Source: Longimicrobiales bacterium (GTDB lineage: Bacteria > Gemmatimonadota > Gemmatimonadetes > Longimicrobiales > Gaopeijiaceae). Taken from it: 64,000 nucleotides of DNA. The position numbers and the translations under genes were made by a program. Where the stretch lies: positions 608,001-672,000 of the forward strand of contig OZ241892.1 in NCBI GenBank assembly GCA_965203485.1, in the 5' to 3' direction. Below the pieces are notes generated by a model that saw only the letters and a list, made by a program, of their open reading frames with translations, searched no databases and was not told the DNA's origin. Every line of letters begins with the position of its first letter. Within the stretch, counting starts at the first letter, position 1. Positions 47,191-57,360 of this stretch are shown piece by piece.

Positions 47191-47706
47191 ATCGTAGAAA
47201 AACGTGTCCGAGTGAACGAGCAGATACGGATCAGTCCGATCCGCCTGATCGATCAGGCCGGCGGACAGGTCGGCATCGTTTCCTTGGACGAGGCTCGCAT
47301 GCGGGCTGGAGAGAAGGGCCTTGATCTGGTGGAGGTATCGCCGGACTCGAGGCCGCCGGTCGTCCGCATGATGGACTACGGAAAATACAAGTACAAGGCG
47401 GCTCGGGCTGCCCGGGAAGCGAGGAAGAAGCAGCACACGGTTCAGGTCAAGGAGGTCAAGTTCCGTCCTGGGATCGAGAACCACGACTACGACTTCAAGC
47501 TGTCCCACGCCCGTCGCTTCCTGCAGGACGGCAACAAGGTCAAGCTCACGATCATGTTTCGAGGACGCCAGGTCGCCCATCCCCAGCTGGGGCAGGACGT
47601 GCTGTTGCGGCTGACGAAGGACTTGGAGGAGCTGGGCCGGGTCGAGCAGTACCCCAACTTCGAGGGGCGGCAGATGTCGATGGTCATCGCGCCGCTCAAG
47701 AACTGA
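47191..47706 (+). CDS. infC: Translation initiation factor IF-3 (non-canonical ATC start)
   Basis: [40 protein letters not shown] lies 9 nt before an in-frame ATC. Confidence 0.96.
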   Translation: MVEKRVRVNEQIRISPIRLIDQAGGQVGIVSLDEARMRAGEKGLDLVEVSPDSRPPVVRMMDYGKYKYKAARAAREARKKQHTVQVKEVKFRPGIENHDYDFKLSHARRFLQDGNKVKLTIMFRGRQVAHPQLGQDVLLRLTKDLEELGRVEQYPNFEGRQMSMVIAPLKN

Positions 47707-47731
47707 GAACCAAGGCTCGGACGAACGAAGA

Positions 47732-47929
47732 ATGCCCAAGATGAAGTCGAACCGGGGTGCGGCGAAGCGGTTCCGTCGCACGGGAACCGGCAAGCTCGCG
47801 AGGATGCGGGCCTACAAGTCGCACATCCTCACCAAGAAGAACAGGAAGCGGAAGCGCAGGTTGCGGACGGGCACGCTGGCGTCGAAGGCCGACGCGGCGC
47901 GCGTGCGGCGCATGCTTCCGGGCTCCTGA
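47732..47929 (+). CDS. rpmI: 50S ribosomal protein L35
   Basis: [14 protein letters not shown]...HILTKK. Confidence 0.97.
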   Translation: MPKMKSNRGAAKRFRRTGTGKLARMRAYKSHILTKKNRKRKRRLRTGTLASKADAARVRRMLPGS

Positions 47930-47945
47930 AAGAGGAGACCGCGAC

Positions 47946-48311
47946 ATGCCACGCTCGACGAGGGCCGGTGCGCGCAAGAAGCGCAAGAAGAAGATGCTGG
48001 GCGCCGCGAAGGGATACTTCGGCGGCCGCAAGAATCTCTTCCGCACGGCGAAGGACGCCGTGGAGAAGGGCTGGGAGCACGCCTACCGGGATCGCCGAAA
48101 GAAGAAGCGGAACTTCCGGCGCCTGTGGATCGCCCGCATCAACGCGGCGGCCCGGCAGCACGGCCTCTCGTACTCGCGCTTCATGAACGGACTGCGCAGC
48201 GCGGGCGTCGAGCTGGACCGCAAGGCGTTGGCCGACTTGGCCGCCCGAAGCCCCGAGGCGTTCGCGTCGCTCGCCGGCCGGGCCAAGGCCGCCCTGGGGC
48301 GCACGGACTAG
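47946..48311 (+). CDS. rplT: 50S ribosomal protein L20
   Basis: [39 protein letters not shown]. Confidence 0.97.
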   Translation: MPRSTRAGARKKRKKKMLGAAKGYFGGRKNLFRTAKDAVEKGWEHAYRDRRKKKRNFRRLWIARINAAARQHGLSYSRFMNGLRSAGVELDRKALADLAARSPEAFASLAGRAKAALGRTD

Positions 48312-48390
48312 CGCCGGAGCGCTTCGCCGCTCGACGCGCTGGCCGCGACCGCGTGCGCATCGTCGAAGCCGCGACCCGCGCGGGCGCTTC

Positions 48391-49404
48391 GTGAAGCAGG
48401 AGTTGCGGCGGATCGAGGCGGACGCCGTCGCCTCCATGCGCGAGGCCGCGGACCCGGACGCGCTGGAACGGGTGCGGGTGCGCTTCCTGGGACGCAAGGA
48501 AGGGCTGTTGTCGGCCGTCTTGAGGGGCGTCGGACGACTGTCGCCCGAACAGCGTCCGGCGGTGGGCGCCGAGGCCAACCGGGTGAAGGCGTCGCTCGAG
48601 CGGGCGCTGGCGGACCGGGCGGCGGCCCTGGCCTCCAGCGCCGAGCCTGCGGGTGCGCGGGGGCCGGACCTCTCCTTGCCGCCTCGCCGCCGGTGGCGCG
48701 GATCCATGCATCCGGTCAGCCGGGCGATCGACGACATCTGGGCCATCTTTCGAAGCTTGGGGTTCGTCCGCGTCCGCGGTCCCGAAGTCGAGACGGAATG
48801 GTACAACTTCGTCGCGCTCAACACTCCGCTGGACCACCCGGCCGCCGACGAGCAGGACACCCTCTACCTGGGCCCGGGCCTGCTTCTCCGCAGCCACACC
48901 TCGCCGGTGCAGATCCGCACGCTGCAGCGCCATGCGCCGCCCATTCGCGTGATCGCGCCGGGCATGGTCTACCGGCGCGACACCTACGACGCGACCCACA
49001 CGCCCGCGTTCGCGCAGGTCGAGGGCCTGGTCGTCGACGAGGGCGTGACGTTCGTCGATTTGAAGGCGACGCTGGCCGAGTTCGCGCGTCGGTTCTGGGG
49101 ACCCGGCACGCAGGTGCGGTTCCGTCCGTCCTTCTTTCCGTTCACGGAGCCGTCGGCGGAGGTGGACGTGAAGCGGGTCGTGACCCGTGCCGATGGTTCG
49201 CGGGAGGAGACCGGTTGGATCGAGATCATGGGCGCGGGAATGGTGGATCCGGCCGTCCTGGAGAACGTGGGGTGCGATCCGGAGCGCTGCACGGGCTGGG
49301 CCTTCGGCATGGGACCGGCGCGCGTGGCCATGCTCCGGCACGGGGTGCGGGACATCCGGCTGTTCTTCGAGAACGACATGCGGTTTCTGCGGCAGCTCGC
49401 CTGA
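48391..49404 (+). CDS. pheS: Phenylalanine-tRNA ligase alpha subunit
   Basis: LLRSHTSPVQIR, FRPSFFPFTEPSAE, GWAFGMG. Confidence 0.96.
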   Translation: MKQELRRIEADAVASMREAADPDALERVRVRFLGRKEGLLSAVLRGVGRLSPEQRPAVGAEANRVKASLERALADRAAALASSAEPAGARGPDLSLPPRRRWRGSMHPVSRAIDDIWAIFRSLGFVRVRGPEVETEWYNFVALNTPLDHPAADEQDTLYLGPGLLLRSHTSPVQIRTLQRHAPPIRVIAPGMVYRRDTYDATHTPAFAQVEGLVVDEGVTFVDLKATLAEFARRFWGPGTQVRFRPSFFPFTEPSAEVDVKRVVTRADGSREETGWIEIMGAGMVDPAVLENVGCDPERCTGWAFGMGPARVAMLRHGVRDIRLFFENDMRFLRQLA

Positions 49405-49483
49405 CCGTGGCGCGTGGACCGGCGGCGGGGCGCGACGCGCTCGCGGTTCGGCTCCAGCCTGCCGGCGTGGTGCAGGTGCGCGC

Positions 49484-52102
49484 GTGAACGTCTCCTGGAG
49501 ATGGCTTGCGGACGTGGCTCCGGGAATGGAGTTGTCGCTGGGCGAAGCCATGGAGCGGCTGGCCATGCGGGGCGCGCCGGTGGAGCGCGCCGCGAACCTG
49601 GCCGAAGGGCTGGAGGACGTGGTCGTCGGACGGGTGCTGTCGGCGCGGCCGCATCCGAACGCCGACCGCCTGACGCTGTGCCGCGTGGCCGGCCCGGCCG
49701 GCGAGGTGCCGGTGGTGTGCGGGGCTCCCAACGTGCGGGCTGGGGCCTTCTACCCGTTCGCGCCGGTCGGCGCGACGCTTCCGGGCGGCTTCAAGATCGG
49801 GCGGCGCAAGATTCGCGGGGAGCCCAGCGAGGGAATGCTGTGCTCCGAGCGGGAGCTGGGATTGGGAAGCGACCACGAGGGCATCATGCTGCTCGGCGGC
49901 GGCGATGCGCCGTTGGCCGCCGGCGCTCCCTTCGCCGGGGCGGTGGGGCTGGACGACGTGCGGATGGAGGTGGAGGTCACGCCCAACCGCGGCGACTTGC
50001 TCTCGCACGTGGGCGTTGCGCGCGAACTTCATCCCTTGGGGCACGCCGGCATCGTTCTGCCCGACTTGCCGGGAGGCGCGACCGGCGGCCCTGCGGGGCT
50101 TCCGCCGAGCGGCGGCGGCGGCGTTCTGCCGGTCCTGCTTGGCGCGAAGGACGTTGCGCTCCTCCGGTTCCAGGCGGATCCCGGCGCAAGCGCGCCCTGC
50201 GCGCCGATAGACGTCCGGGTGGAGGACCCCGCGCTCTGCTCCCGGTACGTGGCCGTGCTGGTTCGCGGCGTGACCGTGGGGCCGTCCCCCGCTTGGCTCG
50301 CGAACCGGTTGCGGGCCGTCGGCGCGCGCCCGGTCAACAACGTCGTGGATGCCACCAACTACGTCATGCTGGAACTCGGGCATCCCTTGCACGCCTTCGA
50401 TCTGGCGCGGCTTGCCGGCCCGGCGATCGTCGTGGGCCCGGCCCGGCCCGGCGAGTCGATCGCGACGCTCGACGGACAGCGGCGCGAGCTGGCGCCGAAC
50501 ATGCTGACGATACGGGACGCGAACGGTCCCGTGGCCGTGGCGGGGGTGATGGGCGGGCGAGACTCCGAGGTGTCGGCCGGGACGACCGACGTAGTTGTGG
50601 AGTGCGCGCTCTTCGATCCCAAGTGCATTCGGGCGGGCCGCCGGGCGCTCGCCATGTCGACCGAGGCCAGCTACCGCTTCGAGCGCGGCGTCGATCCGGC
50701 GTCGGCGCCGCTTGCCGCGGGGCGCGCCGTGCAGCTGATCCGCGCCGTCGCCGGTGGGGAGGTGGACGGTCCTGCGCTCGACGCCTGTCCGGCGCCGTGG
50801 TCGCCGCCGGTCGTCTCGTTGCGGCCGGCTCGGGTGGCCCAGGTGCTGGGAGTCGAGTTTGGACCGCGGGAGATCGAAGACCTCCTGAAGCCGCTCGGGT
50901 ACGGTGTCGCCGCCGGCCGGCAGGGCTGGCGGCGAGCCGGGCACGAGCAGGGCGGGGACGAAGCGGTCGGCGTAGGCGGCGGCACGGACGGCCGCGCGTC
51001 CGGGCCGGACGCGCTGGACGTGCTCGTGCCCGGGCACCGGGCCCACGACACGACGCGCGAGGCGGACCTGATCGAGGAAGTCGCGCGCGCCCACGGCTAC
51101 GACGCCTTCCCGTCGGAGCTGGGTGCATTTCGTCCCGGCTCGGTGGTCGGCGACGCCCGCTTCGAGCTGGAGGACGCGCTGCGGGCCGACTTGGCGGCCG
51201 CGGGGCTTTCCGAGGCCCAGACGCCCGCGCTCGGTCCCGAGGAAGACGGCGACGTGGCCGTGCTCAACCCGGCGTCCGCCACCGAGGGCTTCTTGCGCCG
51301 GGACTGCCTGTCCGGGTTGCTCCGCCGCACCGAGCTCAACATGTCGCGCGGCGTCCGCGACGTGCGCCTGTTCGAGATCGGCACCGCCTTTGCCCCAGCC
51401 GAGGACGCGGCCCCGGCGGAGTCGCCGCGGTGCGCCGCGGTGCTCGCGGGGGCGCGCGAACCGGGACACTGGTCGCGGCTGCCGGAGACCTTCGACGTGT
51501 ACGACGCCGCGCGCCTGCTGGAAATCGTCGGCCGCGCCGCGTACCCAGGCGGCCGAGTGTCGGAGGCCGTCGCGCGGGCCGGCGTGTCGGAGGCGGCGCC
51601 CGGCGGCCTCGACTTCGCTGCGCCCGGCGCACCCGGCTTCGCGCCCGGCCGCGTATTCGAGCTGGCGAGCGCGTCGGGCGAGATCGTCGGGCGAGCGGGC
51701 GAAGTCGCCGCCGATCGCTGGGACCTGCCTCCTTGGGCGGGCGTCGTGATCGGCGCCGAGGCGCGCTTGCCGGAGCGGCCGCCCAACCGGTCCGACCCCA
51801 TCGCCCGCGACCTGCCGGACCAGCCGGCCTCGCAACGAGACGTGGCGTTCTTGGCGCCGCCGGGCGCGTCCGCGGGCCGTGTGCTCGAAGCCGCGCGCGC
51901 GGGCGGGGGCCGGCTGGTCGAGCACGCCGAGGTGTTCGACGTGTACGAGGGCGACGACCTGCCGCCGGGCATGCGGTCCGTGGCGGTCCGCTTGCGTTTC
52001 CGCGCCCGTGGCCGGACTCTCACCGACGCCGAGATCGATCGGGCATTGGAACGAGCCGTGGCCAGGGCCAAGGAGGAGACTGGTGTCGAGCCAAGGGGCT
52101 GA
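49484..52102 (+). CDS. pheT: Phenylalanine-tRNA ligase beta subunit
   Basis: HPNADRL, SEGMLCS, TPNRGD, NNVVDATNYVM, RFERGVD, DLIEEVAR, FDVYEG. Confidence 0.95.
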   Translation: MNVSWRWLADVAPGMELSLGEAMERLAMRGAPVERAANLAEGLEDVVVGRVLSARPHPNADRLTLCRVAGPAGEVPVVCGAPNVRAGAFYPFAPVGATLPGGFKIGRRKIRGEPSEGMLCSERELGLGSDHEGIMLLGGGDAPLAAGAPFAGAVGLDDVRMEVEVTPNRGDLLSHVGVARELHPLGHAGIVLPDLPGGATGGPAGLPPSGGGGVLPVLLGAKDVALLRFQADPGASAPCAPIDVRVEDPALCSRYVAVLVRGVTVGPSPAWLANRLRAVGARPVNNVVDATNYVMLELGHPLHAFDLARLAGPAIVVGPARPGESIATLDGQRRELAPNMLTIRDANGPVAVAGVMGGRDSEVSAGTTDVVVECALFDPKCIRAGRRALAMSTEASYRFERGVDPASAPLAAGRAVQLIRAVAGGEVDGPALDACPAPWSPPVVSLRPARVAQVLGVEFGPREIEDLLKPLGYGVAAGRQGWRRAGHEQGGDEAVGVGGGTDGRASGPDALDVLVPGHRAHDTTREADLIEEVARAHGYDAFPSELGAFRPGSVVGDARFELEDALRADLAAAGLSEAQTPALGPEEDGDVAVLNPASATEGFLRRDCLSGLLRRTELNMSRGVRDVRLFEIGTAFAPAEDAAPAESPRCAAVLAGAREPGHWSRLPETFDVYDAARLLEIVGRAAYPGGRVSEAVARAGVSEAAPGGLDFAAPGAPGFAPGRVFELASASGEIVGRAGEVAADRWDLPPWAGVVIGAEARLPERPPNRSDPIARDLPDQPASQRDVAFLAPPGASAGRVLEAARAGGGRLVEHAEVFDVYEGDDLPPGMRSVAVRLRFRARGRTLTDAEIDRALERAVARAKEETGVEPRG

Positions 52103-52424
52103 AGACGCGAGGGGCGGAGCCGGCCCGTCCAGCGGGGCCGCGGGGGGCGCCTCGCGAATGGAGTCGCTGGCCGAGGCGGTGGGCCGGGCCGTGGAAGCCG
52201 TGCGCGAGGCGCGCCGGCGAGCGGCGAGCGCGGAGGAACGCGCGAGGCGGAGCGACGAGCTGCTCCGCCAGTTCGTGGGCGGCGAGCGCGATCCCGTCGC
52301 CTTGTCGGGACGCCTGTCCGAGCTGGAGGCGGAGAACGAGATGTTGCGGGCGCGCGTCGACAAGGGGCGCCGCGAAGTGGACCGCGTGCTGGCGCGCATC
52401 CGGTTCTTGGAGAACGAGCATTGA
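52083..52424 (+). CDS. Coiled-coil protein, ZapB-like
   Basis: Short coiled-coil ORF between pheT and zapA. AGGAGG precedes GTG 52083; ATG 52158 is the alternative. Confidence 0.6.
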   Translation: MSSQGAEDARGGAGPSSGAAGGASRMESLAEAVGRAVEAVREARRRAASAEERARRSDELLRQFVGGERDPVALSGRLSELEAENEMLRARVDKGRREVDRVLARIRFLENEH

Positions 52425-52690
52425 GCCGCGCGCCGGAGACGGAGCGCAGGGCCGTGCGGGTCACGATCGCCGGCGAGGAGTACGTGCTGCGCACCGGCGC
52501 GGACGAGGCGCACACGAAGAAGTGCGCGGCGATCGTGGACGAGCGCATGAGGCAGGCGGGCGCGGAAGGCGGGCTGGAACGCGACAAGGTGGCGGTCATG
52601 GCGGCCCTCCTGCTGGCCGACGACTTGTTGCAGGGCCAGTCGGAAGCGGCGGACTTGGCCGCGCGGCTGGACGAAGCGATCGCGCGGTGA
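52421..52690 (+). CDS. zapA: Cell division protein ZapA
   Basis: VRVTIAGEEYVL...VDERM...AVMAALLLADDL, and its position after pheT. Confidence 0.88.
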   Translation: MSRAPETERRAVRVTIAGEEYVLRTGADEAHTKKCAAIVDERMRQAGAEGGLERDKVAVMAALLLADDLLQGQSEAADLAARLDEAIAR

Positions 52691-53958
52691 CCGAGAGGCG
52701 CGGCCGCCGCGTCGGCGCCGGGGTCACGCGGCGGGACTGGCTTGCCGCCGCGTCGGCCGCCGCCGCGGGCGCGGCGATGGGCCGTTCGAACGCGGTGCGG
52801 CTGGTCGCGCAGGAGGGTGCGCAGGCCGCCGACCCCACGAGGACGCCGGGCCGCCTCGTCTCCGAGGTCGGTTCGCGCGCGCCCGGCGAACAGCCCCGGC
52901 GTCTCGTCCGCGCCCTGGCCCTGTCCAGCTCGTCGCGCACGCCGATCCAGGAGCTGTTCGGCGTCGTGACCCCGTCGGACCTCCACTTCGAGCGCCACCA
53001 CGCCGGCGTGCCGAGCATCGAGGCGCCGTCGCACGAGCTGCTCGTCCACGGCATGGTCGAGCGGCCCCAGGTCTTCGACATGGCCGCCCTCGCGCGCTTC
53101 CCGCGCGTCTCGCGCCTTTGCTTCGTCGAGTGCTCGGGGAACGGCGGCGGCGCCTACTCGCGCGATCGGATGCCCACGCGGATCACGCCCCAGCAGCTCG
53201 ACGGCTTGGTCAGCACGAGCGAGTGGACCGGCGTCATGCTCGCCACCGTCCTGCGCGAGGCCGGCGTGCGTCCGGGCGCGAGCTGGCTCCTCGCGGAGGG
53301 CGCCGACGCGGCCGTCATGTCGCGCAGCATCCCCCTGGCGAAGGCCATGGACGACGCCATGCTCGCCTACGGCCAGAACGGCGAAGCGATCAGACCCGAA
53401 CAAGGCTATCCGGTGCGGTTGCTCCTGCCGGGCTGGGAAGGGAACGCGCAGGTCAAGTGGATCAGGCGCATCGAAGTCTCCGACCGTCCCACGATGACCC
53501 GCGACGAGACCTCGCGCTACACCGACCCGCTGAAGGACGGCACGGCCCGCCAGTTCAGCTTCGTCATGGACGCCAAGTCGATCGTGACGTTCCCTTCCTA
53601 TCCCTACGCGCTGACCCAACCCGGCTGGTGGGAGATTCAAGGCCTGGCCTGGTCGGGCCGGGGCCGGATCGCGCGCGTCGAAGTCAGCGTGGACGCGGGC
53701 CGCACTTGGACCGACGCCCGCTTGCAGGGGCCCGTGCTGTCCAAGTGTCCCGTGCGCTTCCGCAGCCTGTGGCGGTGGGACGGGCGGGAGACCGTGATCG
53801 TGAGCCGCGCCACCGACGAGACCGGCTACGTCCAGCCCACGGTCCACGACCTGTGGCGGGCCCGCGGCGAACGCACCGCGTACCACCAGAACCACCAGCG
53901 CGCCTGGAAGGTGGCCCGCAACGGCGCCGTGACCTTCGGGCTGGCGGACCTCCTGTGA
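52687..53958 (+). CDS. soxC: Sulfite oxidase-family molybdoprotein (SoxC-like), Tat-exported
   Basis: TRRDWL Tat motif, HFERHH, ECSGNG, EQGYPVRL, KWIRRI, GLAWSGRG. GTGA overlap with zapA. Confidence 0.9.
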   Translation: MTERRGRRVGAGVTRRDWLAAASAAAAGAAMGRSNAVRLVAQEGAQAADPTRTPGRLVSEVGSRAPGEQPRRLVRALALSSSSRTPIQELFGVVTPSDLHFERHHAGVPSIEAPSHELLVHGMVERPQVFDMAALARFPRVSRLCFVECSGNGGGAYSRDRMPTRITPQQLDGLVSTSEWTGVMLATVLREAGVRPGASWLLAEGADAAVMSRSIPLAKAMDDAMLAYGQNGEAIRPEQGYPVRLLLPGWEGNAQVKWIRRIEVSDRPTMTRDETSRYTDPLKDGTARQFSFVMDAKSIVTFPSYPYALTQPGWWEIQGLAWSGRGRIARVEVSVDAGRTWTDARLQGPVLSKCPVRFRSLWRWDGRETVIVSRATDETGYVQPTVHDLWRARGERTAYHQNHQRAWKVARNGAVTFGLADLL

Positions 53959-54656
53959 CGGCGCCGCGCGAACTTGCCGCCGGGCGCGCTTGCGCTCGGC
54001 GCCCCTTCGGACGGCTCGTGGCCCTGTTCGGTTCGGCGGCGCTGGCGGCGTGCGTTGCGGACCAGCCCGGCGGAGACGGAGCGCCGGGCACGGCCGCCTT
54101 GGCGCCGGCCGCCGTTGCCGGCTCGGAGACGGCGCCCCCGCCGCCGGGACCCGGCCAGCCGACGGCGCTTCCCGCCGGTTCCCCGGCGCTCTTCGGCTTC
54201 GGGAGCGCCGCTTCGCCGGAGCGCATCGCCCGCTGGGACATCGACGTCAAGCCCGACGGCGAAGGACTGCCGCCCGGAAGCGGCTCCGTCGCCGGGGGGC
54301 GGCGCGTGTACGAGGCGCGGTGCGCGGCATGCCACGGGCTCTCCGGCACGGAGGGCCCCAACGAACGGCTGGCTTCGGCAGGAGCTTGGGAGCAGTGGCC
54401 CGCCGATCGCGCCGTCGGCGGCTACTGGCCGTACGCGACCACGCTCTTCGACTACACGCGCAAGGCGATGCCGCAGGACGCCCCTGGTTCCTTGTCGGAC
54501 AACGAGACCTACGCCGTGGTCGCCTACGTCCTCAGGCTCAACGGCTTGGTCTCGGCCGACGCGGTCCTCGACTCCGCGGCCCTTGCGTCGATCCGCATGC
54601 CCGCGCGCGGCAGATTCGTGCCCGACGACAGGACCGGCGGCCCGGCGATTCGCTGA
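53955..54656 (+). CDS. soxD: Monoheme cytochrome c (SoxD-like)
   Basis: WDIDVKPDGEGLPPGSG, CAACHG, GYWPYATTLFDYTRKAMP. Confidence 0.85.
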   Translation: MTAPRELAAGRACARRPFGRLVALFGSAALAACVADQPGGDGAPGTAALAPAAVAGSETAPPPPGPGQPTALPAGSPALFGFGSAASPERIARWDIDVKPDGEGLPPGSGSVAGGRRVYEARCAACHGLSGTEGPNERLASAGAWEQWPADRAVGGYWPYATTLFDYTRKAMPQDAPGSLSDNETYAVVAYVLRLNGLVSADAVLDSAALASIRMPARGRFVPDDRTGGPAIR

Positions 54657-54701
54657 TCGCGCGGCCTGCCCGGAACGGAGCCGGTCCTTCCTGGTTCCGG
54701 C

Positions 54702-54731
54702 TTGCGCCGGGTCGTCGCGCCGCCGTATGCT
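54702..54731 (+). promoter_or_regulatory. Possible sigma70 promoter for rny
   Basis: TTGCGC-18 bp-TATGCT. Confidence 0.4.
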
Positions 54732-54824
54732 AGTTGCCGCATCCGGGAGCCGCCGGACGGTCGGCGGCGGCCGTTGTCGAATCGTTTTCGGCCGGGCGCG
54801 ACCGCGCGGCCGTGGAGACCATAC

Positions 54825-56411
54825 ATGGACCCGCTGGGAATTGCCCTGGCGGTGGGCGCTGTCGCCGCGGCGCTCGGATTCCTCGTCGGCAGGGGACTGG
54901 AGCGGGCGCGGCGGCGTAAAGAGAAAGAAGAAGCAAGGGACGAGGCTTCGCTGGTCCGGAAGCAGGCGGAGACGGACGCGGCGAACTTGCGGCGCGCCAC
55001 CGCGGTGGAGGCCAAGGAAGATGCGTTTCGCCTCCGCGAGGCTTGGGAGGCCGAGGAGACGCGCCGAAGAGCGGACGTCAAGGAGGCCGAGCGGCAGTTG
55101 CGCGAAGACCGGCGCGGCGCAGGGCGCAGGGCGGAACAGCTCGACCGCCGCGAGGAGTCCCTGAAGCGCGCTGAAGGCGATCTCGAGGAGCGGGCGCGCG
55201 CGGCGAAGGACGAGGCGGCGGCGCTCGCCGCGCAGAAGGACGAGGTGGGCCGCCTGCGGATCGACGCGCTGGTGCGCCTCGAAGCGGTCGCGGGCATGTC
55301 GGCGGACGAGGCCAAGGCGAAGCTCGCCGAGGCGGTCGAGGACGAGGCGCGGGCCGAGGCGGCGAACAGCGTCCGCCAGATCCGCGAGGAGGCCAAGCGT
55401 ACCGCCGACCGCGAGGCCAAGCGACTGGTCGCCATGGCGATCCAGCGGATGGCGGCCGACGAGACGGCCCAGCTCACGGTCTCGGTCGTGCATCTTCCGT
55501 CCGACGAGATGAAGGGCAGGATCATCGGGCGCGAGGGCCGCAACATCCGTGCCTTCGAACACGTCACGGGGATCAACGTGGTGATCGACGACACCCCGGA
55601 GGCGGTGGTGCTCTCGGGCTACGATCCGGTGCGGCGCGAAGTTGCCCGGCTTGCGCTGGCGAGGCTGGTCGACGACGGCCGCATCCATCCGGCCCGCATC
55701 GAGGAGGTGGTCGCCAAGGCCGCCGACGACGTCGAGGGGCAGATGCGCGAGGCCGCGGACGACGTGCTGTATCGGCTGGGCGTGCACGGCGTGCCCGAGG
55801 AGGTCGTCAAGGCGCTCGGCCGGCTCAAGTTCCGGACTTCCTTCGGCCAGAACCAGCTGGCGCACTCCTACGAGGTTGGAGCGCTTGCGGGCGCCATGGC
55901 CGCCGAGATGGGCTTGGACGCCGCCATCGCCAAGCGGGCCGGCGTGCTCCACGACGTGGGCAAGGGCCTCACCCACGAGCAGGAAGACACGCACGTGGAG
56001 CTCGGACACCGCCTCTGCAAGCGGTGCGGCGAGCCCGACGTGGTCCTCAACGCCATCCGCGCCCACCACGGGGACGAGCCGCACCGGTACGCCGAGGCGT
56101 GGCTGGTCTCGGGCGCCGACGCCATCAGCGGATCTCGGCCGGGCTCGCGCAGGGAGGCGTTCGAGGGCTACGTCGAGCGGCTCGGCAAGCTGGAGGAGAT
56201 CGCGATGGAGCACCCTGGGGTGGAGCGCTCGTTCGCCATTCAGGCAGGCCGCGAGCTTCGTGTCATGGTCCAGCCCGACCAGGTGTCGGACGAGGCGATG
56301 GCGCGCATCTCCGAGGACGTGGCGCGCCGGATCGAGAACGCGGTGCAATACCCCGGCCAGATCAAGGTCGTCGTTATTCGGGAGACCCGCGCAGTGGACT
56401 TTGCGAGGTGA
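54825..56411 (+). CDS. rny: Ribonuclease Y
   Basis: N-terminal TM, coiled coil, KH ([14 protein letters not shown]), HD (LHDVGK), IQAGRELRV. Confidence 0.96.
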   Translation: MDPLGIALAVGAVAAALGFLVGRGLERARRRKEKEEARDEASLVRKQAETDAANLRRATAVEAKEDAFRLREAWEAEETRRRADVKEAERQLREDRRGAGRRAEQLDRREESLKRAEGDLEERARAAKDEAAALAAQKDEVGRLRIDALVRLEAVAGMSADEAKAKLAEAVEDEARAEAANSVRQIREEAKRTADREAKRLVAMAIQRMAADETAQLTVSVVHLPSDEMKGRIIGREGRNIRAFEHVTGINVVIDDTPEAVVLSGYDPVRREVARLALARLVDDGRIHPARIEEVVAKAADDVEGQMREAADDVLYRLGVHGVPEEVVKALGRLKFRTSFGQNQLAHSYEVGALAGAMAAEMGLDAAIAKRAGVLHDVGKGLTHEQEDTHVELGHRLCKRCGEPDVVLNAIRAHHGDEPHRYAEAWLVSGADAISGSRPGSRREAFEGYVERLGKLEEIAMEHPGVERSFAIQAGRELRVMVQPDQVSDEAMARISEDVARRIENAVQYPGQIKVVVIRETRAVDFAR

Positions 56412-56463
56412 TTCGGCGCGCAGGCGCGTCTCCCCAATCCCCCTGAACAAACTGGAGCCTTCC

Positions 56464-57360
56464 ATGCCGGCGAAGATCATTTCGGGAACCAAGATTGCTC
56501 GCGAGATTCGCGAAGAACTCCACGCGCGCGTGAAGGCGCTGGCCGCCGATGGGCTCGTTCCCGGTCTTGCCACGGTGCTGGTGGGCGACAGTCCTGCGAG
56601 CCAGCTCTACGTGGGAATGAAGAACCGGGCGGCAGGCGAAGCCGGCATTCACTCGCGCCAGGCGACGCTGCCGGCGGACACGAGCGAAGCGGACCTGCTC
56701 GCCTTGGCCGCCGAACTCAACGCCGATCCGGCGGTGCACGGCATCCTGGTGCAGTTGCCGTTGCCCGAGCAGATCGGCGAAGCCAAGGTCCTGGAGGCCA
56801 TCGATCCGGCCAAGGACGTGGACGGCTTCCATCCCATGAACGTGGGCCGCTTGGCCACGGGAGACCCCGGCGTGCTGGCCCCGTGCACGCCGTTGGGCGT
56901 CGTCGAGATGCTCATGCGAAGCGGTTGCGACCCAGCGGGCAAGCACGTGGTCGTGGTGGGCCGTTCCAACATCGTGGGCAAGCCGATGGCGTTTCTGCTG
57001 CTGCGCCAAGTCCCGGGCGGCAACGCCACGGTGACGGTCGCCCACAGCCGCACGGCCGACTTGGGCGCGGTGACGCGCCAGGCGGACATCCTGATCGTGG
57101 CGGTCGGCAGGCCGGGCACGATCGCTGCCGACATGGTCAAGCCGGGAGCCGTCGTGATCGACGTCGGCACCAACCGCGTGGACGACCTGAACGCGGAGCG
57201 CGGCTACCGGGTCGTGGGAGACGTGGACTTCGAGGCCGTTCGGGAAGTCGCCGCGGCGATCACGCCGGTGCCGGGCGGAGTGGGGCCGATGACGATTGCC
57301 ATGCTGCTCGCCAACACGGTGACGGCGGCGGTTCGGTTGCGCGCGGGCGGGGCCGGATGA
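56464..57360 (+). CDS. folD: Methylenetetrahydrofolate dehydrogenase/cyclohydrolase
   Basis: [42 protein letters not shown]. Confidence 0.96.
   Translation: MPAKIISGTKIAREIREELHARVKALAADGLVPGLATVLVGDSPASQLYVGMKNRAAGEAGIHSRQATLPADTSEADLLALAAELNADPAVHGILVQLPLPEQIGEAKVLEAIDPAKDVDGFHPMNVGRLATGDPGVLAPCTPLGVVEMLMRSGCDPAGKHVVVVGRSNIVGKPMAFLLLRQVPGGNATVTVAHSRTADLGAVTRQADILIVAVGRPGTIAADMVKPGAVVIDVGTNRVDDLNAERGYRVVGDVDFEAVREVAAAITPVPGGVGPMTIAMLLANTVTAAVRLRAGGAG

Noticed and set aside
49226..53895. Very long antisense or alternate-frame ORFs (e.g. 49226..52513, 51097..53895, also 18314..21622 and 22224..24986)
   Set aside because: Shadow ORFs caused by high GC and stop-codon scarcity. They are Arg/Ala/Pro-rich, motif-free and overlap well-supported genes.
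49414..53958. Apparent 1514-aa fusion ending in SoxC (likewise the long N-terminal extensions on folE2, potA, potD, folD and mog)
   Set aside because: The upstream parts are off-frame read-through of neighbouring genes. Real starts with coupled junctions or RBSs lie downstream.
54657..54824. 6S RNA upstream of rny
   Set aside because: No long irregular hairpin with a central bubble is evident, and the gap is better explained by a promoter and leader.
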